64,000 nucleotides of DNA, from assembly GCA_001782825.1 (NCBI GenBank), contig MFPS01000009.1:31770-95769 (forward strand). Reading direction: 5' to 3'. The DNA comes from Candidatus Magasanikbacteria bacterium RIFCSPHIGHO2_01_FULL_33_34. GTDB lineage: Bacteria; Patescibacteriota; Patescibacteriia; Magasanikbacterales; UBA922. Made by a program: the position numbers and the translations under genes. Shown in pieces: positions 8,847 through 17,985 of the stretch (its first letter is position 1; every line of letters starts with the position of its first letter). Below the pieces are notes generated by a model. The model did no database searches. It saw only the letters and a program-made list of their open reading frames with translations, and had not been told where the DNA came from.

Positions 8847-10478
8847 TTACAAACATTGATCCTTCTGTTTTAATGGGATTTTAAAGCCAAATTCTCCACC
8901 CTTACCAAGACCATCACTTTTTGCCCACACTTGTCCATTATGTTTTTCAACAAACTTCTTAGTCACATAAATTCCAAGTCCAGTACCGCCAACATTGGTA
9001 TTTTTAACATTTTTACCACGATAAAACTTTTGAAAAAAGTTTACTTCATCTGATTTATCAAAACCAATACCATTATCTTTAACTTTCACTTTTATATTAC
9101 TTCCAACAACTTCAGCTGATACATTGATTAAACCTCTTTCACTATACTTTATTGCATTATCAATAAAATTAAAAACTACATGACGAATTTTTTCATCATC
9201 CATACATACATCTAACTTTGTTTTGTCTGGCTTCCACACAATCTTTAGACCTTTGTCTTTTGCGCGTTGAGTCATTTCTTGGACTACACTTGTAATCAAT
9301 TCATTCATATCATGAATTTCAAAACTAAATTTAGTCCTATCTTGTTCAATTCTAGAAATATCCAAAAACTCATCAATCAATTTAACCAATCTTTCATTTG
9401 TTTCATCCATATCACCCAATATACTCTTTGTCTTCACAGTAATCTTCCCATATGCCCCATCTTGTATAAGCTCAATATATCCCTTGATAATAGATATAGG
9501 TGTACGAAGTTGATGAGAAGCAATAGAGAGAAATTCTGTCTTTTGACGATCTAATTCCTGTAGACGCAAATTGGCAGTCTCAAGTGATTTTGCAAGATGT
9601 AACAATTTTTCATTTTGTTGCACTTCTTTTCTAACACTTTGTATTAACAAAATACCAACACTTAAAATCAAAAGAAACAAAGAGCCTTTATAAAAAATAG
9701 TGACCAAATCATTAGAAGTTATCACTTCAAAAAGTACAGCTACAGATAAACCAATCACCAAAAATTCAGTAGAAACCACTTTTATATTCATCAACTTATG
9801 TCTTACAATCGCATAATATGTAAAAAATAAAAATGGTAAACTAAATGCCGCGCCAAATGTAACAAAATTAGAATTACCAAAAAAAGTAGGCAAAATTAAA
9901 CTAAAAATTAATATTAAAAAAATTGTTAAAAAAAATCCTATTAAAACAAAACTCAATGATCTGCGTTGTAATTTTGGTGATCTTAATATTTTCAGTATAA
10001 AAACAATTACACCTGACAAATTTAAACCAACCGCAGTCATTACAAACAAAAATATAAATGGTCCATTTATAACCCTAGATACCCTAACACCATTAAATTC
10101 CATTACTTCTTTAAAAATTAATGGTGTTAAAGTTAATATCGCAATAGTTATTACAAATGGTAACAAAAAAAATTTATAAAATTTAGGAATCATTTTTTTC
10201 TTTTCAGGGAAAACATAAAGTAAGTGAAAAGTAAAAAATGAATGCCAAACTGCCAAAAAAATTGTAGTTCTCAATAACCAAATCACTACATTCGGATCCA
10301 AAAATTTATAAGTTAAATAATTGAATCCATTATAAAGAATAGTAAAAATTGATAATAATAAAAATGCTTTGTTTGTAGTACTAGATTTATTATTAAAATA
10401 AATCAAAAAACCCAAAATAGCTATACCCGTTATAGCTAACCCTACGATAAATAAATCCGTATTTACAACCAAATTCAT
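8847..10478 (-). CDS. Sensor histidine kinase with an N-terminal domain of about 8-9 TM helices (HisKA + HATPase_c); no response regulator adjacent
   Basis: H-box SIASHQLRTPISIIKGYIELI. N-box and G-boxes NFIDNAIKYS, DNGIGF, GGTGLGIYVTKKFVEKHNGQVWAKS. Long hydrophobic N-terminal half. Confidence 0.85.
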   Translation of the reverse strand: MNLVVNTDLFIVGLAITGIAILGFLIYFNNKSSTTNKAFLLLSIFTILYNGFNYLTYKFLDPNVVIWLLRTTIFLAVWHSFFTFHLLYVFPEKKKMIPKFYKFFLLPFVITIAILTLTPLIFKEVMEFNGVRVSRVINGPFIFLFVMTAVGLNLSGVIVFILKILRSPKLQRRSLSFVLIGFFLTIFLILIFSLILPTFFGNSNFVTFGAAFSLPFLFFTYYAIVRHKLMNIKVVSTEFLVIGLSVAVLFEVITSNDLVTIFYKGSLFLLILSVGILLIQSVRKEVQQNEKLLHLAKSLETANLRLQELDRQKTEFLSIASHQLRTPISIIKGYIELIQDGAYGKITVKTKSILGDMDETNERLVKLIDEFLDISRIEQDRTKFSFEIHDMNELITSVVQEMTQRAKDKGLKIVWKPDKTKLDVCMDDEKIRHVVFNFIDNAIKYSERGLINVSAEVVGSNIKVKVKDNGIGFDKSDEVNFFQKFYRGKNVKNTNVGGTGLGIYVTKKFVEKHNGQVWAKSDGLGKGGEFGFKIPLKQKDQCL

Positions 10479-10529
10479 AGAAATATAATTCTATTTTATT
10501 ATACCATTTTTAATTATTTATAAAAAGAA

Positions 10530-11588
10530 TTAATTAAAAATAATTTCTGGTTTCATACGTGAAGATAAAGCTGTCGGTTCTCCGCCATCACCAACCCTCA
10601 AAGTCATTGCTACATTCTTATTATCTGAAATTTTATAAATATTTTCTAAAATATGATATGAATCATTAATTAAATTGATATGCTCAAAAGAAAAAGATTT
10701 TAAATCATTATTTTTAACACGATCATGCAGATAAGGCAAAGCTGCCAAAGGATGAGCGCTTAAGCCCCATTTAGTAATAGTTAACCACAATTTTTGGACC
10801 AACATACCTGCTTTAACATAATTAGAATCTTTATCATCAACCAAAATAGATAAATAAAATGTACCCGTAGCATAAATTTTTGCATTTTCTTTTGCAATAA
10901 ATTTTGTCATACCCAAAATTTTAAATAATTGAGCTATGCGCCAAGTCTTTAAAAGTTTAAAAATAGCTAATTGGGGTGTTTCCAATTCCATAGTCTTGAC
11001 ATAAAGACCAGTTTTATTCTCTTTTTCTTGTGTTTCTGTCCAACAAATATTATCAAAAATTAAATCATGTAAAATCTTATTTTCTAACATTATCCTATCA
11101 TTATTACTAAAAACTTTTGATAATTTTTCTTTGTTTTCTTTGGATTCCACAAATAAAAGTGAAATACCTTCAAACTCATTCGCTATATTTTTTAATTCTT
11201 CCTTTTGTGCGATAGTAATAGTAATATCTTTATATTTTTTTCTATTAGTCGCTCTTTTTTTAATAAAATCACACAAATGACTTACTTTCTTTTCAGATTC
11301 TTTTAATGAAATTTTTGCTACTAAATTAGTATCACTACTAGATGGGAATAAATCAATACTAGCTTCATAACCACTAGATTCAGATAACAAAATAATATTT
11401 TGCAACACTGCGCCATGAGCAAAATAAGAACCTCTTTGTCTATAATTATAAATATAATTATCCCTATCTGGAATATTATATTGATATATAATATTTTCTT
11501 TTACCTCAAAACGCCACGGTTGCGAATTTTCACCAGATGGAGCATACACAGCCATTTCTAAAATATCTTTAATCAATTTATTATCCAT
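10530..11588 (-). CDS. Nitroreductase-fold (FMN-dependent) protein, long two-lobed form (SagB/McbC-type dehydrogenase-like or other extended nitroreductase)
   Basis: N-terminal AVYAPSGENSQPWRF matches the nitroreductase-family FMN-binding signature. At 352 aa it is larger than the classical 200-aa nitroreductases. Confidence 0.55.
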   Translation of the reverse strand: MDNKLIKDILEMAVYAPSGENSQPWRFEVKENIIYQYNIPDRDNYIYNYRQRGSYFAHGAVLQNIILLSESSGYEASIDLFPSSSDTNLVAKISLKESEKKVSHLCDFIKKRATNRKKYKDITITIAQKEELKNIANEFEGISLLFVESKENKEKLSKVFSNNDRIMLENKILHDLIFDNICWTETQEKENKTGLYVKTMELETPQLAIFKLLKTWRIAQLFKILGMTKFIAKENAKIYATGTFYLSILVDDKDSNYVKAGMLVQKLWLTITKWGLSAHPLAALPYLHDRVKNNDLKSFSFEHINLINDSYHILENIYKISDNKNVAMTLRVGDGGEPTALSSRMKPEIIFN

Positions 11589-11594
11589 AATATT

Positions 11595-13058
11595 TTAATT
11601 TTTTTCTTTTATTATATATTTATGTTTTGCCTTCAAATTTTTAAACTCTTCTGAGCCTTTTTCATAAATAATCAATTCTGGAAACACTCTTTTTCCCACA
11701 ATATGACGCAATTTTTTATATTCCATATTTATATCTTTCAAATATTTACTAAAAAGCTGTTGTATTTCTGATAAGTCAACATCAATTTTTTTACCTGAAG
11801 ACTCCAAATGAATTTCTAAAGCTTGGTGATTTTCTCCAAACACAGTTTTCATAAAAAATTTTCCACTAAAATATTGTATAATTTCATTATGTGTGAGTAC
11901 CTCTCTAATATGTTCTGGATATATATTCACTCCATACAATGTTGCGCTATAATTACTCCTACCAAACACAAGCAATACTGGCAAATGCCAATCATCAGTT
12001 TTTAATAAATCAAAATCACTATATTCTTGATCAATCTTCTCCGGAGACATGACCATACCAACATCATGTGTATTATATCTTACCAAAGGTACACCAGAGT
12101 CTGATGTGCAAACTAATTCATTCTTATAACTCTCAAAATATTTATTCCATGTGTGATATTGATAAATTCCTGGTACATGACTATTTTCAATTCCAAGCTT
12201 GCGTCTATCCAAATCCTTCAATTCAATTAATTGACGCAATCTAATTGTAAATGGAGTCTCATGCCCCATAAAACCCAAGTCTGTTGAACCATAAACATTA
12301 AAACCATTATTCTCAACATCATCAATACCTACTTTTTTATATAGCTTATTTCTCCATTTTTCAGGGAATGATTCTGCCGAAAACATAAATTTGATATTAT
12401 GCTCTTTCCAATTTATACTTTCAGATTCTTCATCACAAATAATATCCATCAAAGAAGGTGGATAACCAATCAAAATAGTCTGTTTATGATACTTTGATAA
12501 TTTTTTTATACTATTTAAAATATCTTTTTTATTCAAACCAGCAGTCACCAGACTACCTGACATACCAGTATCCATCAAATCCCTAATTGCATTTGAAGTA
12601 ATAATACCAGCCACATGCGCCCCCAAATAAAAACACACAATAAATAAAGTATCTTTTTCGTATGAAGAATAAAATTTCTTAAAAAAAAGTTTATGTAAAA
12701 GTGCTGTCCTTTTGTCATTAATAGTAAACCGAGGCCAAAAAACTGGTTCACCTGTAGTGCCAGAACTCTGAGATATAATCCCGCCTTTAGTCAATTTACC
12801 ATCCCAACACACTTCATTTAAACTATACTGTAAAATATAGTTTTTCTTATTTAGTAAAGGTAAATTTTTAAAATCACTAATTTTCTTTATTTTATCAGAA
12901 TTAATCTTATTTTTTTTTAGAAAATCTTTATACGCAGGCACTCTTCTAGATGCTTGTCTGAATAAATCTAATGCTCTAGTCTCTGCTAAAGATTGCCAAA
13001 AATAAAAATCTTTAGTTTTTAATTTCTTTTCTAAATAATTATAAGAAAACTCTTGCAT
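11595..13058 (-). CDS. Adenylate-forming enzyme of the PaaK/coenzyme-F390-synthetase/CapK clade (ANL superfamily)
   Basis: SQSSGTTGEPVFWP P-loop-like AMP motif about 95 aa from the N-terminus. PAYKDFLKKN...NLPLLNKKNY N-terminal layout typical of phenylacetate-CoA-ligase-like proteins. Confidence 0.6.
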   Translation of the reverse strand: MQEFSYNYLEKKLKTKDFYFWQSLAETRALDLFRQASRRVPAYKDFLKKNKINSDKIKKISDFKNLPLLNKKNYILQYSLNEVCWDGKLTKGGIISQSSGTTGEPVFWPRFTINDKRTALLHKLFFKKFYSSYEKDTLFIVCFYLGAHVAGIITSNAIRDLMDTGMSGSLVTAGLNKKDILNSIKKLSKYHKQTILIGYPPSLMDIICDEESESINWKEHNIKFMFSAESFPEKWRNKLYKKVGIDDVENNGFNVYGSTDLGFMGHETPFTIRLRQLIELKDLDRRKLGIENSHVPGIYQYHTWNKYFESYKNELVCTSDSGVPLVRYNTHDVGMVMSPEKIDQEYSDFDLLKTDDWHLPVLLVFGRSNYSATLYGVNIYPEHIREVLTHNEIIQYFSGKFFMKTVFGENHQALEIHLESSGKKIDVDLSEIQQLFSKYLKDINMEYKKLRHIVGKRVFPELIIYEKGSEEFKNLKAKHKYIIKEKN

Positions 13059-13066
13059 AATGAATA

Positions 13067-14671
13067 TTATTCTAAATCAGATATCTTTTTTTTGATTACA
13101 CTAACCAATTTTCCTTGATGAATAAAGTCTTTGATTTTTTCAAAATCATTACTCATCACTCTATCCTTATTATGACTTGAAACTAATTTTCTGACTTCTT
13201 TGTGCGCTAATGTCAAAATATTTCCTAACTTTTCAACCCCTCTTTCCTCTACTCCTTGACAGGCTGCTAACAACTCTACCGCCAAAACATATTCAATCTT
13301 TTCTTTTATATCCCTTGCTTTACGAGCAGCAATCAACCCCATGCTAACAACATCTTGATTTTCCCCATTGGATGGAATAGATTGAATTGAAACTGGATTA
13401 CACAAAGTTCTACATTCTGCCACTAATGATGTCGGAATATATTGAGAACCTTCAAACCCGCATGATAAACCTGCTTTTTTACCAGCCAAAAATGGAGTTA
13501 AACCTCTACTTCTAACACTATCCAAAAGTTTATTTAATCTACGTTCTGATAATACGGCTATCTCTGTTAAAGATATTGATAAGACATCCAAAGGTAAGGC
13601 TACTGTCTGTCCATGAAAATTTGCCCCTTGATAAGATATACCCAAGTCTGTAAAAAATAATGGATTATCGTTGGCAGAATTCATTTCTATCAATAAACTA
13701 TTTGTTATATAATCCAAAGCCCCACGCACAGCCCCAAGCACTTGTGGAGTTGCCCGCAAAGAATAAACATCTTGCACATGAATTCCTGAATCAACAACTT
13801 CTTTACCATTTTTTATTTTATCTTGTAAATCATTTTGAATTTTTTTCAACTTATCATTATTTATAACCAATTCACAATCTGCCAATAATTTTCTTAGATT
13901 ACTGGCTACAGAAATTTGTCCTGGATGAGCTTTCATCTCATGTCCTCTTGCTATAAATGGCTCCATAGAGGCATTTAGCGCGCCCATAGATATTGCTGAT
14001 ATTATTTCAGCAGATCGTACCAAATTCCAGGCATCATATAATTGAATTGCACCGACACCTGTCATCATCGTTGTCCCATTTATTAAAGCCAAGCCTTCTT
14101 TAGCTTTAAACTTTACTGGTATTACCCCTTCCTTTTTAAAAGCAAAAGCCGTCTTAACTTTTTTACCTTTATAAATAACTTCACCTTCACCCATCAATGC
14201 TAAAGCTATATGAGATGATGGTGTCAAATCACCACTTGCTCCGACAGATCCCCATTGAGGTACACATGGATGAATTCTTTTATTCAACATTTCTTTTAAA
14301 GTATTCACGGTTCCTATTCTTATAGCAGAACAACCCTTGGCAAATACATTCAACCTAAGCAACATCGCTGCTCTTACCTCTTCCTCAGAAAACAATGGGC
14401 CAACATTTGCAGAATGACTTCTTATCAAATTTTCTTGTAAATCAGTCTGATGTTTGCTTGGTATCAAAACTGAAACAAAAGGTCCAAAACCAGTCGTAAC
14501 TCCATAAACTACTTTTTCATCATTTACCCAATCTTCTAACATCTGTCTAGATTCTTTCATTTTTTTCTGACTTTCTTTTGAAAAATAAACTACTACCCCT
14601 TCTCTAACAACTTTTATAAAATTATCTAAACTCAAACTATCTCCATCTAATTTTATTTTATTATCACTCAT
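13067..14671 (-). CDS. Aromatic amino-acid ammonia-lyase/aminomutase family protein (HAL/PAL/TAL, MIO cofactor-forming)
   Basis: MIO-forming tripeptide context GSVGASGDLTPSSHIA plus YGVTTGFG and NGTTMMTG blocks characteristic of PF00221. At 534 aa. Confidence 0.8.
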   Translation of the reverse strand: MSDNKIKLDGDSLSLDNFIKVVREGVVVYFSKESQKKMKESRQMLEDWVNDEKVVYGVTTGFGPFVSVLIPSKHQTDLQENLIRSHSANVGPLFSEEEVRAAMLLRLNVFAKGCSAIRIGTVNTLKEMLNKRIHPCVPQWGSVGASGDLTPSSHIALALMGEGEVIYKGKKVKTAFAFKKEGVIPVKFKAKEGLALINGTTMMTGVGAIQLYDAWNLVRSAEIISAISMGALNASMEPFIARGHEMKAHPGQISVASNLRKLLADCELVINNDKLKKIQNDLQDKIKNGKEVVDSGIHVQDVYSLRATPQVLGAVRGALDYITNSLLIEMNSANDNPLFFTDLGISYQGANFHGQTVALPLDVLSISLTEIAVLSERRLNKLLDSVRSRGLTPFLAGKKAGLSCGFEGSQYIPTSLVAECRTLCNPVSIQSIPSNGENQDVVSMGLIAARKARDIKEKIEYVLAVELLAACQGVEERGVEKLGNILTLAHKEVRKLVSSHNKDRVMSNDFEKIKDFIHQGKLVSVIKKKISDLE

Positions 14672-14673
14672 AT

Positions 14674-15786
14674 TTAATTTTTAAAATAATTTAAAAGTTC
14701 TTGCCTTAATTCTTTATCATCATCTCCATAAATAGAAAAAATATCTGTCAAAGAAATTAAATAACGGCCACTGGATAATTTCTTTTCATTTAATATCTGT
14801 CTTACAATATACGCGCCAACTACTCCTGCTAATACTGCTGTACCCCCAACCTGAGGCCATGAATAAATATCCTTACCAACTCTTGAAACAGAATCCAACA
14901 TATTTGTATCCACATCATCTACTCCTATGAAATTAGTTACTACTTTAGCTATATCTTGTATTTTCAAATTATTTTTTTCTTTTGGTATCTTTTCCATCCT
15001 TTTATAAAAATCATTAATTTCATAATCTTCATCATATCTTTCAATATCAACAATTATTCCATCCCCATTATCCGTTATGCTAAATAATGGTATTTTATGT
15101 TTGGAAGCATACTCTCTCAAGACTATTTTTGCCGGCAAATCATCAACCTCCTCTACAATCAATTTAACCACTTCACCATCATTATGGATGAAATCATCAA
15201 CATTTTTATTATTCACTCCATTATCAAATTCTACAATATTTAAATATGGATCCATTTCATACAATTTCTCAGCCAAAGCTTGAGTCTTTTTCTTGCCAAT
15301 AGAATCAATGCCATTTATTATTCTATTTAAATTAGACAACCCTATTACATCCGCATCCGCTATATTTATTTTTTTAGGACCACCCTGTAAAACACAGATT
15401 CTTGCAATATTACTCCCAACACTTAACCCCGCAATAGCAATTGATGCATCTCTAAAATTACCTTGTTCTTTTTTGGTGATTAAATCCCTATTTCTTGCTG
15501 TACGAACTTCAAAAAATAAATCTTCTGATAAACACACTACACATAAATTCTTCCACGGTAAATAACAATAAATTTTTTCTTTACTGTATTTTGCTTTATA
15601 TTCTTTTTTTTTGCTCATCATTTCATCTATATTATCTCTTATACTTGGATTCCTTGCCTCACACAACTCATCTACTTGCAAATCAAAAAAATCTATAAAA
15701 TTAACATTATTATTTTTCAATTCTTCTAACTTTTTTTCATCCTTATAACTAATACACTCCAATCTATCTATCATACAAAGTATCAA
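14674..15786 (-). CDS. ThiF/MoeB/HesA-family (E1-like) nucleotide-binding protein with a Cys-containing N-terminal extension of about 120 aa
   Basis: Rossmann segment IAIAGLSVGSNIARICVLQGGPKKINIADADVIGLSNLNRI resembles the ThiF ATP-binding fold. The N-terminal region has CxxxxxxxCxxC. Start overlaps VKOR by 4 nt; stop abuts the lyase gene. Confidence 0.5.
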   Translation of the reverse strand: MILCMIDRLECISYKDEKKLEELKNNNVNFIDFFDLQVDELCEARNPSIRDNIDEMMSKKKEYKAKYSKEKIYCYLPWKNLCVVCLSEDLFFEVRTARNRDLITKKEQGNFRDASIAIAGLSVGSNIARICVLQGGPKKINIADADVIGLSNLNRIINGIDSIGKKKTQALAEKLYEMDPYLNIVEFDNGVNNKNVDDFIHNDGEVVKLIVEEVDDLPAKIVLREYASKHKIPLFSITDNGDGIIVDIERYDEDYEINDFYKRMEKIPKEKNNLKIQDIAKVVTNFIGVDDVDTNMLDSVSRVGKDIYSWPQVGGTAVLAGVVGAYIVRQILNEKKLSSGRYLISLTDIFSIYGDDDKELRQELLNYFKN

Positions 15787-16265
15787 AAACTAATTTTAAA
15801 TTTTTTTCTATTATAAATAAAATAAACACTATTGGTTATAAATATCATTGTAGAAAATAAAGCTGACAACATACAATAAAAACACAAATTCTCTATTACA
15901 AAGAATTGAAGATAAACCAAGCGTACAGAAAATAAAAATCCAAATATACTCATCGCATAGAGAATATTAAAATATTTTTTATTAACACCTGTTGAATATA
16001 TTAAAATAAATACAAACAATGAAAAATAATAACCAAAACCCAAAATAGAAAGTGGCAAACCAAATAACTTGGAATACTCACTGGTCAAAACATTACTACA
16101 ACTATTTACTTCATAAATATTACAAACAACTGAGCTACCAGACAATTGCTTTAGAGATAAATATGTAGTATCAATAAGACCAGCAAAAACAAATAACAAA
16201 ATAGCTATAATCCACCATAGTGGTATTACTTCTTTTTTTTGAAATATTTTTTTTAAAAATTCCAT
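15783..16265 (-). CDS. Vitamin K epoxide reductase (VKOR) family membrane protein
   Basis: Loop Cys pair (CNIYEVNSC) and TM CxxC (CFYC), with multiple TM helices, 160 aa. Confidence 0.7.
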   Translation of the reverse strand: MEFLKKIFQKKEVIPLWWIIAILLFVFAGLIDTTYLSLKQLSGSSVVCNIYEVNSCSNVLTSEYSKLFGLPLSILGFGYYFSLFVFILIYSTGVNKKYFNILYAMSIFGFLFSVRLVYLQFFVIENLCFYCMLSALFSTMIFITNSVYFIYNRKKFKISF

Positions 16266-16268
16266 AAA

Positions 16269-17984
16269 TTACATTTCTTTAACTGTACTTATACCCAAAA
16301 GATATAGGCCTTTGGTCATAACAATATGCACTGATTTTATTATCTCAATTCTAAACTTTTTATCCTCATTCTCTGCCTTTAGTATAGGCAATTCATGATA
16401 AAAATTATTAAATAATTGCGCAACTGAAAATAAATACTGAGCAATTTTTGATGGATCGTGATTATCACAAGCTATTTTTATTATATCATTAAACTCAGCT
16501 AATTTCATTAATAATTGCTTTTCAATACTATCAATATTTTTTGGCAACACATTTTTTTTCTTGAATAATTTTTTAAAAAAGTTTCTACTTCCTGCTTTAT
16601 CCAAAATACGATTGATCCTAGCCACAATATACATAAGATATGGCCCACTATCTCCTGACAAACTGACAGACTCTTCCAAATCAAAAACTATATCGTTGTG
16701 TACTCCAGTCTTGAGAAATGAATATTTGAGCGCGCCCAATGATACTTTTTCTGAAATGAATTCTTTATTTTTAATATCACTTTCCTCCATTATTCCCAAT
16801 ATTTTTTTATTGATATCATTTATCAGATCTTCTGCCAAAACTACTTGCCCACTCCTAGAGCTCATCTTTCCACTCTTTAAACTCACCCAACCAAAAGCCA
16901 AATGACTTTCTTTGCCACGAGAATTGGGTAAAGTTCGCTCTAATACTTGAAAAATAACTCTTAAATATTCTGTTTGTTCACGAGCAATAACATGAATAAT
17001 TTTATCTGGATTAAATTCCTTAAATTGTAGCTCTGCCAAAGCCAAATCTTTAGCTTCATAAGTTGGCAAACCCATACTACTTAGAAAAACCCTATCATGA
17101 AGACCTTGGGTACTACCTCTGTAAATTATCGCCCCTTCACTCTCTGCAAACAAATGTTCAATCAAGAAATTTTTTACTATGCCAATAGCTCTCTCAAAAA
17201 CTTCTGACTCAAAAAATAACCGATCAAAATGTGTATCCAATTTAATATAAATTTTATCAAAATATTCCAAACTCCAAGCTCTAGTCTCCCCATATATTTC
17301 TTTTATACTTTTATCTTGCTTATAGATTTTAGCATTGATATCTACTATTTCTGCTTTGGATTTTTCATCACTTTCAAATGCCTTGGCGCCATCAGCATAA
17401 GCCATTCCTAAAAACTGGACTTTTTCCTCAACAGACGAATGTTTGAGACTATCATATTTTTCCTTATTTCTAATAATTGCCCAAATAGCTTTGGCAATAT
17501 GCATCCCTACATCTCCTTGATAATTTACTCTCACAACATTATAACCACACATTTCCATTATACGCGACAAACTCTCACCCGTTATAGTTCCACGCAAATG
17601 CCCAATATGAAATGCTTTGTGTGTATTTGGTTGAGCATATTCTATCAAAACTTTTTTATTTTTTTTCTCTTGTTTTCCATAATCTGGTGTAATTGAGCCT
17701 AATATTTTTTCTGCAAGCAAACTACTATTTAAATAAAAATTAACATAAGGTCCAACAGCTTCTACTTTATCCAAAATATCAATCTCAGCTATTTCCTTCT
17801 GTAAATCTTCTACCAAAATTTTAGCAGATTCGGCTGGATTCAAATTCAATTTCTTGGCATAATTGAAACAAGCAAACGCAAACTCACCCATCTCTGGTTT
17901 GGGCGGTGTAACCAATTCAATACTACCAGTTACCCCAGCAGAATAAAGCGCTTTGATTAATTGTTGTTTCAGAGAACTCAACAT
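16269..17984 (-). CDS. argS: Arginyl-tRNA synthetase
   Basis: Class I HIGH motif PNTHKAFHIGHLRG, ArgRS N-terminal add-on domain and anticodon-binding C-terminus, 571 aa. Confidence 0.9.
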   Translation of the reverse strand: MLSSLKQQLIKALYSAGVTGSIELVTPPKPEMGEFAFACFNYAKKLNLNPAESAKILVEDLQKEIAEIDILDKVEAVGPYVNFYLNSSLLAEKILGSITPDYGKQEKKNKKVLIEYAQPNTHKAFHIGHLRGTITGESLSRIMEMCGYNVVRVNYQGDVGMHIAKAIWAIIRNKEKYDSLKHSSVEEKVQFLGMAYADGAKAFESDEKSKAEIVDINAKIYKQDKSIKEIYGETRAWSLEYFDKIYIKLDTHFDRLFFESEVFERAIGIVKNFLIEHLFAESEGAIIYRGSTQGLHDRVFLSSMGLPTYEAKDLALAELQFKEFNPDKIIHVIAREQTEYLRVIFQVLERTLPNSRGKESHLAFGWVSLKSGKMSSRSGQVVLAEDLINDINKKILGIMEESDIKNKEFISEKVSLGALKYSFLKTGVHNDIVFDLEESVSLSGDSGPYLMYIVARINRILDKAGSRNFFKKLFKKKNVLPKNIDSIEKQLLMKLAEFNDIIKIACDNHDPSKIAQYLFSVAQLFNNFYHELPILKAENEDKKFRIEIIKSVHIVMTKGLYLLGISTVKEM

Positions 17985-17985
17985 A

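Noticed and set aside
10530-15786. Interpreting the lyase operon as a histidine-utilization (hut) locus or as a TOMM/thiazole-oxazole RiPP cluster.
   Set aside because: No hutU/hutI/hutG neighbours, and no YcaO cyclodehydratase or obvious precursor peptide. Kept as an unassigned tailoring/biosynthetic module instead.
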